Below, one piece after another: positions 13,008 through 24,690 of a stretch of DNA of 64,000 nucleotides. Positions within the stretch are counted from its first letter, which is position 1; each line of letters starts with the position of its first letter. A model generated the notes under the pieces. The model ran no database searches, was not told where the DNA came from, and was given only the letters and a program-made list of their open reading frames with translations. The position numbers and the translations under genes were made by a program. The stretch spans positions 53,940,001 to 54,004,000 of the forward strand of contig NC_043002.1 of assembly GCF_006345805.1 (NCBI RefSeq). Direction: 5' to 3'. The DNA comes from Octopus sinensis (Eukaryota).

Positions 13008-13230
13008 TCGTTAATACTGGTTTCGAATTTTGACACAAGGCTAGCAATTTTGTGGGTCTGGGTAAATCCATTACATTAATCTCAGTACTCAACTGGTAAT
13101 TCCTTTACCAACCCCGAAATGGTGAAAAGCAAAGTCGACCATGACGGAATTTGAACTCAGAATGTAAAGACGTACAAAATGTCGCTAAGCATTTACCGGT
13201 TCGCTAACGATTCTGCCAGCTCTCCTCCTT
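13008..13230 (-). mobile_element. SINE family 1
   Basis: Reverse complement of the gagctggcagaatcgttagc head and ttctgagttcaaattcc B-box-like segment. Confidence 0.8.
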
Positions 13231-13544
13231 GATGCCGTTAATATTGACGACAAAGACAAGACTAAGGGATCAGCAAAATCGCTGGAGTGATGGAAGGAAT
13301 ACCTTCAGGTATTTAGTTACGTCTCTTTTTTAATATTTTGAGTTCAACTCTCGCTCTCTCTGCTGTACTTTACTTTCTGAGGTTGACCAAATAAAACACC
13401 CGTGTTGTGCTACAACAATGTAATTGATTATAACTGTCTCATCATATTTGAGTCGTATTATTATTAGGAACCAATAATATAAAAAAAAAGACATCTTTCA
13501 TTACTTAGCTCCTATTTCTGACAATTCTTGCAAGCCGCAGTGGC

Positions 13545-13572
13545 TCTCTCTCTCTCTCTCTCTCTCTCTCAT

Positions 13573-13623
<51 letters not shown>

Positions 13624-13646
13624 TTCTCTCTCTCTTTCTCGCTCTC

Positions 13647-13685
<39 letters not shown>
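13545..13685. repeat. (CT)n microsatellite
   Basis: Direct inspection. Confidence 0.95.
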
Positions 13686-13686
<1 letters not shown>

Positions 13687-14107
13687 GCTCGTAAACTCGT
13701 AATGAGATTGTGTGATTCCCTTTTTTTTCTTTTTTTCTAAAATGTATTATAAGCAAATTGGTGTGTCTTCAATGAAGATTCCAAAATAGATATCAATCTC
13801 AGGAATCTAAATATAGATGTTTTTTTTTTTATTAAAGAAGTGATGTGAAACAAATTACATAGTCCACCTCCTGTGGGAGTATAGGTGATGGAAATATAAT
13901 AGATTAAAGCTAACAATATACAAGATACTACAGTGTTGAAATTCAAACCTAATACTAGGATTTGAATATGAACAGAGAGGTACAGAACAAAACACAGAAA
14001 TATTCAGTTTAAACAATTTCTGTGTAGCTTTGTTTTGGTTCACATAATGATATTTTAAAATCAAGCGTAATTTTCGTGTCTTCTTTATATATCTTTTATA
14101 TTCTTTT

Positions 14108-14400
14108 GTGTCTGGGGAGAGTCATTTTCTTGTTGTGCCTTATAATTTAACACACTCACCGGTAAAATTTCCACTATTGAAAAGGTTGCAAGAAGCAACG
14201 AAAATTTTTGGAAAATAAAAACAAGAAATAAGTGGAAATTTTACCGATGAGTGTGTTAAATTATAAAGCACAGAAAGAAAATTACTCTCACCAGACACAA
14301 CAGAATATGCTTCAACACACGAACTCATATAAACATTCTTGCAAACGAAATCCAAAAACGAAATATCTTTTATATGATTTCTGTTTGTTTGTTTGCATGT
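14108..14400 (+). mobile_element. Hairpin repeat family, copy A (probably PLE pseudo-LTR-derived): ~68 bp inverted arms, hammerhead-like loop, 3' tail
   Basis: 14108-14175 is the reverse complement of ~14231-14298. The tail caacacacgaactc is shared with the copies at 19853 and 31150. Confidence 0.7.
14174..14210 (+). ncRNA. Variant minimal hammerhead motif with U3-A8 core pair (copy A)
   Basis: CUA UUGAAAA G GUUGC AAGAA GCAAC GAAAA UUU UUG; stem I has one mismatch. Confidence 0.45.
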
Positions 14401-15131
14401 TTTGTTGTATTTCAAATTATCTATTAGAATTTTGTTTCATTTTCCTTATTATCATATAACTAGCTTTCTTTTTAATTCCAGATTACTGAATTTCATCTTT
14501 TTATCAATGGTGGTGTCAGAAGAATTTAGAACAATATTGTACTTTCACCGGATTTGACCTCATTGATACGAGTGCATTAAAGAATGGGAAATTTGCCTTA
14601 AAATCTTTCTATCTTGACTTCGAAGTTGACATCCATCAAAGTAGATTAACTTTTCAATATTTCATTTGTGTTTTTGGAGAGGGAAATCTAATATCAGCTC
14701 ATGTACTATACAGCACACAGATAAGTTAAGACTAAATTCATTGGCAGATGCTCATTGTCAATGTCATTTCTTAAACATAAGCTTACTTCGAATGCAACTG
14801 TGATGTTTTCAAGTATATAGGGATAAACATTTGATATCATTAAGCCTTACAAAGAGTTCTAATAATTTTATAGGTCAGTTTAAAAAGAAAAATATTTCTA
14901 AAACTTTCATGTTCTTTCTCAATAATTATTTTATAAGACAGAGATTTACTAGGTCTACGTTTATCAGCAATTAGTTTATTAGATAATTAATTCTCGGAGA
15001 AGAATGATTGCTACATTCAGTTTCCAGAGAGAGTAATGTTCACTTCCGGAAGCCTATGCCACTGATGACACCCATCAACACTTAGAACGCGGTGTTTCTA
15101 ACTATATATAATATATATATATATATATATA

Positions 15132-15338
15132 GTTAATCCAAGCATGAAAACACAGAGAGAAAACACAATAACGCGAGGACGTGGAACAAGTATAGTATTA
15201 TTGGACGCTCAGGAAAGAAGGAAAGAAGGAAGGTTTAACGTTTCGAGCGGAGCTCTTCGTCAGAAACATAGGAAAGGGAAAGTTCCAAAGAAGGAAGATG
15301 GAGGAAAAAATCGCCAACGGTACACACGCGGTCACATT

Positions 15339-15350
<12 letters not shown>
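15132..15350 (-). mobile_element. PLE pseudo-LTR-like fragment between (TA)n tracts
   Basis: Contains a hammerhead motif. A homologous truncated copy at 52247-52345 has the same agttaatcca end next to (TA)n. Confidence 0.65.
15234..15266 (-). ncRNA. Minimal type I hammerhead ribozyme motif
   Basis: GUUU CUGACGA A GAGC UCC GCUC GAAAC GUU AAAC: 4 bp stem I, 4 bp stem II, intact core, palindromic AACGUU stem III. Confidence 0.65.
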
Positions 15351-15373
<23 letters not shown>

Positions 15374-15376
<3 letters not shown>

Positions 15377-15910
15377 GAACTGGTACCAAAAATTTCCTGG
15401 ATTAATGCTGTAGTGCGCCAACAGATGGCAGCACATGGTTACGTGCGCTGTGAGAGATAGCAGTGACGTTCACAAGGCAGCGTGCCAAGTGACATCGCTG
15501 TGCTTACTTCACAAGTTGTGAAATTTGTGTTTTTGTGATCACATGTATGCTAGTGTCTGCGATGTTTGTCTTGGACCGGGAAGATGGAACAAAGAGTCAA
15601 TGTGAAATTTTGTGTTAAACTTGGGAATTCTACTACAGAGGCATTGAGCATGCTTTGGCAAAGTTACGGCAACGAAGCAATGGGTCCTACGCAATGTTTC
15701 GAGTTTCACAGGCGCTTCAAAAGCGTAAGAAGGTCCCTGAAATACGATGAGTGATCTGCAAGACCTGCCACCCCCGGAATTGTGGAGAAAATATTCTTCA
15801 GCTTGTGCATGAGGATCGTCGGAGGACAATGAACGAACATTGCTGTCGCTGTTGGTCTTTCGTATGGGTCCGTGCAGGGAATCCTAACGTCTGGATTCTT
15901 CGCGATGACA
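15374..15910 (+). mobile_element. Mariner relic, 5' half
   Basis: TA-CGA...TACCAAAAATTTCC TIR-like start. ORF 15566 reads MEQRVNVKFCVKLGNSTTEALSML.Q.YGNEAMG.TQCFE.HRRFKS, followed out of frame by ENILQLVHEDRRRT. Confidence 0.85.
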
Positions 15911-16084
15911 ATATACCCTATCACTTATTTGAAATTGTTCTTCACACATTGTGTGACATCTTCAGCAACTTTCCATTCCATGTGTCACTTCCTGTTCTGT
16001 TAGTCCATCCTCCGAAATAAAAATGACCATCCCCAAATATTACAATGTCTGTTTCAACACAGTTTCACAAATCTCTCTCTTTCT

Positions 16085-16152
16085 TTATATATACACGCAC
16101 AGACACACACATACACACACACACATACACACACACATACACACACACACAC

Positions 16153-16193
<41 letters not shown>

Positions 16194-16213
16194 ACACACA
16201 CACACACACACAC

Positions 16214-16265
<52 letters not shown>

Positions 16266-16403
16266 ACACTTACACACAAACACACGCCTCACTTGGGTAA
16301 TTACTACTTCCGAGTTTCTGCTGGGTAGGAAACATATATAGCCTGGATTTTACCTACTCCATTTCCTAAATTTCTTTTATACATATATATACACTTACAT
16401 ATA

Positions 16404-16441
<38 letters not shown>

Positions 16442-16482
16442 TATATATAATATATATATATATATGTATATATATATGTATG

Positions 16483-16517
<35 letters not shown>

Positions 16518-16580
16518 GTATGTATGTATGCATATATGTATGTATGCATATATGTATGTATATGTATTTGCATGTATGTA
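16085..16580. repeat. (CA)n, (TA)n and (TATG)n microsatellite block
   Basis: Direct inspection. Confidence 0.95.
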
Positions 16581-17119
16581 TAATCAATATCTTGAAGTGT
16601 CAGAATGCTCTCTTCCAAGTCTCTTTTTCCTTCAGCGAATTAAACGAAGATATTGCAATTACGAGTCATTCATTATTTTTCATTGTTACATTAACGAAAA
16701 TTGATTATTTGGATTTGGTATTGCTAACGGGTGATGTCTACTGATTTTTACACCAAACATACATTAAAGACTGTTATGTGCCCTGAGGTAAAAAAACAAC
16801 AATTTCATTGATGAATATCCAAGTGAGCAGTATCAAAAGTATCAACCGATCTTTGTTTAATATTTCACCAATATAGTATTTGGCTGTACCTTGAGCGGGT
16901 CATTATGTGAATTATAATCAACTAGTTAATTATTTAATCAATTAAAGCATCGATTTATCAATCCTTCAGTCAGTCAATCAAACAGTTGGGTTAGTCTGAG
17001 TGCTTTCGTCGCCGTTCGTGATCTCATCAATGACATGGCCTCTACAATTTACTGACTGACCGAACGATTAATCAAACAATTGATAAGTTAATTGATTAAA
17101 TCACTGTATATTATAGACA

Positions 17120-17293
17120 GAAAGCGTGAAACTTTGGCTGAGGGTATACAGTCGATTACATCGATCTCAAGTGATCAGCTGGTACTTATTTCATCGAACC
17201 CGAAAGGATGAAAGGTCAAATCGACCTCGGCAGAATTTGAACTCAGAAGCATTTTGTTCGGCGTTCTTAACGATTCTGCTAGCTCGACACCTT
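17120..17293 (-). mobile_element. SINE family 1
   Basis: gtcgattacatcga...gaaaggatgaaagg..tcgacctcggcagaatttgaactcagaa...aacgattctgc. Confidence 0.8.
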
Positions 17294-17620
17294 TAGCTGA
17301 GTAATAATAATAAAAGAAGTTAGATAGTACCAGTATACGAGTTTAATATTGGCATAATGACCCTGCCCCTCATCTGTTTCAACACACAATTACACATCAA
17401 GAATCATGCAAATCAAATATAAAAATGAAATGTCAGGAAAAACTAATATAGCATTTTTTCGTAATTATGACAAATCAAAATCTAGTGAACAGAATCAAAC
17501 ATTTCATATCTCTGCATCAAAAGTTTCTGCTCGAAACTCCAGACTTCTCTTTTCCTTGTAGTACAAAATTTATTCCACTATCTGAATCCTTTTGAGTTGC
17601 TATTCCCCAAAGTAGAAGTG

Positions 17621-17865
17621 GAGGCGCGTGGCTTAGTGGTTAAGGTGTTGGACTCAAGGTCGTAAGACTGTGGTTCCGATTCTTGAACCAAACGATGAGT
17701 TGTGTTGTTGAGCAAAGCACTTCATTTCACGTTGCTCCAGTTCCCTCAGCTAGCAAAAATAAGTGTTCTTTGACAGACAGGCAACTTGTCCTAATGGGGA
17801 ATACATATGCTATGAAACGAGGAAACCGGCCCTTTATGAGTTGGCATGACTCAAAAAGGTAACTT
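17621..17865 (+). mobile_element. tRNA-headed SINE family 2
   Basis: A-box tggcttagtgg, B-box-like ggttccgattc, core ttgagcaaagcacttcatttcacgttgctccagtt shared with the copy at 28382. Confidence 0.8.
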
Positions 17866-18119
17866 TAATTTTAAAGTAGAACATCATTAGACTGTAAAAT
17901 ATTATTTGGGTCAAACTAGGCTATTGTTTCTAGCCTTGTTTTAATATTTTCTGGAGAAAATTTATTGTACTAGACTTCGTTGACAGGTATTGCTGTTATA
18001 AGATGGAAATATGTGAACAAGAAATTTACCGGAGGCCTGAATTTCGAAGGCATTTAGGCTGATGTTCAGGCTCAACGTGACACTAGTCTGTCACTACGTT
18101 ACACTCCAGAGCCAGCGGT

Positions 18120-18245
18120 ATTCCATTCAGCTGAATCTATTTGAACAATGTGAAATGAAAAGCTTGTTTAGGAGTACAACGCTCTGGTCCGTTCAATAAT
18201 TGAACTTGTTCCCGAAAGATTGTAAGCCCAATACGACATATACGG
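18120..18245 (-). mobile_element. Degenerate SINE family 2 head
   Basis: aacaatgtgaaatgaaaagcttgtttaggagtacaacgc is a diverged reverse complement of the family 2 core. Confidence 0.45.
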
Positions 18246-19852
18246 AATAGTTATCTATTAAAATATAGCATTATGACACAGAAGGTACAGAATGCTATCT
18301 CAAAGTCTGTTGCACTTTAAAGCAAATCAACAGTATATCATCTTCAGAAATAACATAAGGAGAAGGAAGAATTTATTTAACAAATAGGTATATATTTACC
18401 GTCGCTTTTGCGTATGTAAAGTCGTCTCTTACAAATGGAGCAATGTTCTATCTCATCATGATTCACTGTTAAGTAGTTGTTGCTTAGCTTCCGATGAGAC
18501 TTAAATGAGTAGATTTATGTGAAAAGATTTTCCTATCGTAATCACCCTCCACTTCATTATGTATCAAAGAATACATTATCGACGATTCGCCGTTTTTGAT
18601 AACGATAGGGTGTAATTTGAGGAACATTTGCATATTATTTCTAGCAGCTCAATCAGTCACATAGAGATACCGTCGTTAGATCAGTTATTCTGCAGGATTT
18701 TAGAGTTTGAGGACGTGATTTAACTAGTGGGATAGAATGCACAGATTAGTGTCTTTATAGACGATAACACTAAAATTGAGTTCTTGAATTAATAGATTAT
18801 ATCACAGTCAATAACTCATCAGATGGAAAGTAGCTACTATAGAGTGATATATAAGTTTTCCACTGCCTGCAGCTGAAGAACTATAAAGTTATCGAGTTGG
18901 TTTCCTATCTTGAGATCAATTCATTGATATTTACTTGATGCAGTGTTTTTTGTACTACGAGTGATATCAAATATGCGAAACGTTTATACCAGTAGATATG
19001 ATCTGTGACCTGCTGTATAAAGATGGAAGACGATTTGTTTTTATTGGAGATCATTATACAGAAAATAGATATAATAGCAAAGATAAGATGTTTGGTAATA
19101 AAGAAAATGGTGAAGAACGCGGTCGATCGAGTGACAAGGAATTAATTGAAAATTACGATATCGAATACCATCATATGAGAATATATGACGCTTCTCTCCT
19201 ATACCACAATTAAATATTATCATACTTTGCGCAACATCTTTAGCTTGCTAATGTTTTCATTCTGATCCGCATCGTTTGTATTGAAATGCTCTCAACGAAT
19301 ACAAACATTAACTGAACTTTTGTTCTTCTAAATCGATGATGGAAAAGAGTCATCATGTACAGAGACAAACATCGAGAAATGTTTGATGTCATCTTAAAGA
19401 AATACCGATATGCCATTTCAGACCTTAATTACAATAGCGAGCGTTAAGTTATGCTTGCTGTTAGCATCTGAACAAATTAGCTAAGGAACATCAACATTAA
19501 TATTACATAAGAGAGAGGAACGGTATTGATGCTGGTGTAAGCATTGATGTTGGTGCAAATACAGATGCTGCTTTTAGAGAATTCCATACGTGAGTCTAGT
19601 GAACAAAATATCTGCTGTGTTTATTTAAGGAGGAGAAGTCATCATATAAAGACACTGAAGTACGGTAGAGGAAAGAAAACAACCACAAATGTTGTTTAAG
19701 CATCGAGCTTTTCACCAAGAAATATGCGGCGCAATACACATAAACGACACCGGTTCTTAGAAAATTACAACGCTAAAGCTTTGTGAGTGTCATGCGTGTG
19801 ACTTGCGTATATATGTGCATGCGTGTATGTGTGGATGTATATATATATACCG

Positions 19853-20110
19853 TTGTGTGTGGGGAGAGTCATTCTCTTTTAGTGCCTTATAATTTAACAC
19901 ATTCACCGGTAAAATTTCCACTCATTTCTTTCCTTATTTTGCTAAAATTTTCGTTGCGTCTTGCAACCTTTTCAATAGTTTTGAAATTTTACCGGTGAGT
20001 GTGTTAAATTATAAGGCATTAAAAGAAAATGACTCTCTCCAGACACAACATAAAATGCTTCAACACACGAACTCACATGAAGAATCTTGCAAACCAAATC
20101 CAAAAACAAA
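19853..20110. mobile_element. Hairpin repeat family, copy B (loop inverted relative to copy A)
   Basis: Same arms and same right-hand tail as 14108-14400, but the loop is the reverse complement. Confidence 0.7.
19942..19978 (-). ncRNA. Variant minimal hammerhead motif with U3-A8 core pair (copy B)
   Basis: CUA UUGAAAA G GUUGC AAGAC GCAAC GAAAA UUU UAG: perfect 3 bp stem I, 5 bp stem II, palindromic stem III. Confidence 0.55.
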
Positions 20111-20112
20111 GT

Positions 20113-20195
<83 letters not shown>

Positions 20196-20814
20196 ATATG
20201 CGTGTGCGTGCATGTTATATAACCGGCACACAACCGGTCAGGAAGTTACCATTGGTTTCTATTACACTTGGCAACACTACTGACCTGTATCCCGAATGCA
20301 CATTTTTCCTTACTAACGGAAATAATGCTGATACAATTAAATGCCTCAGTCACTTTGTTGTCGATGCACCGGTTTTGTTCGGTTATCCCTAAGCTGAATG
20401 TAGTTATCATTGAATTCCTGCCTTGATATTTTCAAATTTTTTGTTTAATATCTTTATTGTAGTGCACTCAGAATGAATATTCACAACCTCGGAGGGGCAG
20501 GATTTTTAGTGTTGTATAGAAACTAGCTCGGCTCGTTCATCTTGTGCGTTATAGTCGCTTTATATTTATCCCCTGTGATTGGCTGCTATTTGTATTAAAG
20601 TTCACAAGAAGCGGTCTCTTTCTACACTAGCTAATATATTTGGTAGTTGTGGAAACAGCTAGATTACCCAATTCTTTTTATATAGATTTTTATGAGATTG
20701 CGTTTATTTCACATAGACATTGGTGATAGTACCAAAATAATTTTTAAGTTGCTGTAGAAAGGCTTCTGCACAGTTGACTTAATTGCTTTGCAACCTGTGA
20801 TACTTTATATTTAA

Positions 20815-21327
20815 CTAGCAGTATCGCCCGGCGTTGCTCGGGTTTGTAAGGGAAATAACTATATACGCATTTTTAGAGAGTTACTTCCCTTATAGATGCC
20901 AATTCGGGCTTTCTTAGCCATTTCGGTTTTGGTGTCTTCAAGCCATGAAGTCGTTGTTCTAAAAGAACGCTGGTCTCCTTGACAACGCTTTACGACGTTA
21001 ATTTCCTTACACTCCTTTCCCCACAGCTTCACGAGGGAGGGAAGAAGGGGGAGAAGCAAACAGGTGCAGGTGTGACCATGGACGCCAACTCCGCCGCCAT
21101 CGACACACGAAAAATTATGCATTAAAATGGAATAAAAAATTATGTTAAATTATTTTTAAAACCGTAGACTCATCGTTGACGCGCGCTAATACTCATACGG
21201 GCTCGATATGAATCACGACTATAAGACACCCGAATTTCGTTAAACTGCACCGCAAAATGTGGGAGGAGTTAGGAATCTAAATCGAAGGGGACAGACACTC
21301 ACACAACTACAGTTTTATATATATAGA
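20815..21327 (-). mobile_element. Complete non-autonomous Helitron
   Basis: Minus strand begins A|TCTATATATATAAAAC and ends CTAG|T. A GC-rich hairpin (cccggcgttgctcggg, 20827-20842) lies just inside the 3' end. No TSD. Confidence 0.8.
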
Positions 21328-22494
21328 TGTTAACTTTCTTTGAAGTTCGTCTTTCTGTTTTCCTTCTGTGTTCCTATTACTTATCTTTATTAAGGTATTT
21401 AATCACGACTTTACTGCTCAAATTGACTCTTAGTCTTCATCTCTACAATGGGTCTTTATCATTTCAGTTTCCTCGATTTTAAACCTTTCTGCTATTTCTT
21501 CTCCAATTTCCTCTCTCACCTAACCATCTTCACCTTTCACTGTTTTGACGAATTTTTTCCAGCTCCAAATGGAATAATCATTGTTTACTCATGACATTTT
21601 GTGTTTTTTGTTTTTTTTTATTTATAATCAAACCGCTGTGTTCTCTTTATAAATGTGTGGTCTTGTGTCTGTATTAGAAGTATTATTATTACAATTATCT
21701 ATCTTTTCTGATAAATAATACAGCTGAAAGTTACTAGCACTCACGCATTATTAAACGACGTGAGACGCAAATAGGTTCTATGATTTTTTTTATATATTTT
21801 GCATCAACGATATATATTACTATGGGAATGTGGATTTAGTGTATAATTGAGGCGTTTCTCTTATAATAAATTAGAAGAAAACACGAGATTTAATTCCTGG
21901 TGGAATCACCAGTATGATGTATATTCACTCTTTGACAAGAAGAGCTAAATGTTGTCATTATATAAATATGGATGACTTATCGACAACAAAAAGTTTATTT
22001 ACAAATATTATAAAATCAATAACCTAAACATTTTACCAATTTCCACACCAAACTCTGTCAAATTTCTGTGAAGTATTACATATGCTTTAATATATCAATA
22101 GAATGATGCCAACAGTGGCAAATAAAAGTTATTTTCAGCTCGTTAGCCAGAGTGATTAATCTATTCCTTTACTAATATAAGAAAATAGAGTCAAAATAAT
22201 CGAATAGAAATGGTACTCAGCTATCAACTCCAGATTCGTGACTTCGAATCCATTACGAGTGTTATATTTTATCCCCAGGGCTCTATGAATGTTTATATCT
22301 TCATTTAATGTACTATGTAGAACTCGTAAAGCGCAGAAAGCATCTAGTCAATGAATCACATAGGTTTTCATAATGAATGGCTAATTAATACTTGAATCTT
22401 ATACGCACGCACGCACACAAAATTATACATAATGTACATATGTGTGTGTTTGTGTGATTGTGTGTGTGTGCGTGCGGCATCGTATGTGTATATA

Positions 22495-22700
22495 TGTGTG
22501 TGTCTGTGTTTGTCCCCCAACCATTGCTTGACAACCAATGTTGGTGTGTTTACGTCCCCGAAATATAGCGGTTCGGCAGAAGAGACCGATAGAATAAGTA
22601 CTAGGCTTACAAAGAATAAATCCTGGGATGGATTTGTTCGACTAACGGTCTAGCATGGCCGCAGTCAAAATGACTGAAACAAGTGAATGAATAAAATAAT
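22495..22700 (+). mobile_element. SINE family 3, 3' half
   Basis: gtttgtcccc..ttgacaacc..gcggttcggca.aagagaccgatagaataagtactagg..gcagtcaaaatgactgaaac, homologous to copies at 38978 and 59752. Confidence 0.75.
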
Positions 22701-22744
22701 ACGTATATATAAAATGATTAGGCGCATATTTATCCTCTGTAACG

Positions 22745-22754
22745 ATAGATAGAT

Positions 22755-22848
<94 letters not shown>
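22745..22848. repeat. (GATA)n microsatellite
   Basis: Direct inspection. Confidence 0.95.
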
Positions 22849-23234
22849 CATTAATCGAAATATACATTATAATATATATTCCTTACAGCCGATCTTACTA
22901 ATCGGTTACGCATCAGAGTTTGAACAGAGTGTTAGATAACAGCCTGATTATATAACCCAGCGCTCTTCTTAGATGACATTTATTGAAGAAAATATGGTGA
23001 TTACTCTCTATTATTGGAGGTAAAGAGAGCAACGGTTAAGTGAAGAGTTTAAAAGGCTTTCCATTCCATTCGCCTGACTGGGTCATTCGTCTCCAACAGC
23101 AGCCTTGTGTAGAGCTTATTTGATAGAGTTTCTAGAATATCCTACGTCGTATAATCCCAAGGTAATAAGGTGTATAATATGGATCTGTGGTGGATCCTTC
23201 ATGACTATGTAGGGTGCACTGCCAGGGATTAGAG

Positions 23235-23345
23235 CCATAAGGCACAAGATGATGCATACCCAAAGTGCCACGCAGTGAAATCGAACACAGAACCATATGG
23301 TTGGGAGGCAAACTTCTTACCACGCAGCTACGACTGCGGCTACGT
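23235..23345 (-). mobile_element. SINE family 3 head
   Basis: cccaaagtgccacgcagtgaaatcgaac..aaccatatggttgggaggcaaacttcttacc is the reverse complement of the family 3 tRNA-like head. Confidence 0.7.
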
Positions 23346-23416
23346 ATATGTGTGTGCGTGAGCATGTGTGTGTATACTTGTGTGTGGGTGTGAGTGTGTA
23401 TGAGTGAGTGTGTATG

Positions 23417-23454
<38 letters not shown>

Positions 23455-23458
<4 letters not shown>

Positions 23459-23644
23459 AAATAATATGCTACATTACTCGATAGTCAAGATAAAACTCTG
23501 AGTTTCAGATGCCGAAGTGGTATTTTTTCATAGCGTTTTCAAATAGCCAGATAACCGAAGAGATGGCGTCGTGGATTCCCACTTCGGCATCTGAAACTCA
23601 GAGTTTTATCTTGACTATCGAGTAATGTAACATATTATTTTATA
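23455..23644. mobile_element. Foldback element, short asymmetric copy, at the end of (TA)n
   Basis: 66 bp arms 23455-23520 and 23579-23644 with one mismatch; homologous to 52811-53183. Confidence 0.8.
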
Positions 23645-24576
23645 GATAAATTTCCTCTATTTACATAATATTGAGGTCTCTTTCTTTCTTTTGTTATCTT
23701 ACCGTTTTACCAATATATATATATATATTTATATATATACACCTGCGCACCACTTTTCTGTCAACTCCGGTCTTCATTTCTTCTTTATGGAATATACCAA
23801 CCTACATCTATTACGAAGATCCGAGTGGGTCTCTTTCTAACTTCCTGCTATCTATATTCTTTTACGTATACGTATACTTGCATTTCTCTTGAATATGTTA
23901 TAGTCGACCGCCTGTTTATGCTTTACTTCACACATATGTATGTGTGCGTGTATGTGTGTGCGTGTGTCTGTGTACGGGTATCTGTGTGCGTGTGTGTATG
24001 TGTGAGTGTGTGAAATGCAACTACTTAGACAATATATAAATGGAGACAAAGTTAGAAATAAGGTAGTTTACCTGAAAAAATTCTTTTCTTATAGGAATAT
24101 GGCTACCCATAGTTATCACTCTTTGTTATTGATCTGTTCCATTTTTGCACAGAGCAGTTGATATACTGCATTAGTATTGAAGTTGTTATGTTTATACATT
24201 GTCCAGTATTATGATATAATGCCAAGAGCATTTTGGTATTCAGTTCCTAAAATGATTTAAAATCTTTCGTATTTGTTTCTAGCTGTCTTCATTAAGTGAT
24301 CTATTTACCTATAGCTGATACAAATGTTTCTAATGGCCTTTTCACGTAAGCTATTGGCCGTTTGAATATTATAAATGCCAGAATCATCTATATTAATGTA
24401 AACAGCTTATTAATATATGGTTTTCAGACCATATCTGATCTTTAATCCTTTGAATATACTTTGTTTCCTACCCTTGTAGAAAACTAGTTATTAATTCTAA
24501 TTCCTTGCTTCAGTTTCATATGAGGCGTTTAGTGACAGACCGTCATAAGTGCCACAACTTAAAAAGCGAGAAAAAG

Positions 24577-24690
24577 GCAGTCAAAGTTTCGCGACTTTCA
24601 GAATGCGATAACTCGGCAAGGAATGAAGTTAAATGCAGTCAAAGTTTCGCGACTTTCAGAATGCGATAACTCGACAAGGAATGAAGTTAG
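24577..24690 (+). repeat. 58 bp tandem duplication
   Basis: gcagtcaaagtttcgcgactttcagaatgcgataactcg(g/a)caaggaatgaagtta, two copies. Confidence 0.9.

Noticed and set aside
18998-19213. 71 aa ORF in non-repetitive sequence
   Set aside because: No recognisable motif; length expected by chance
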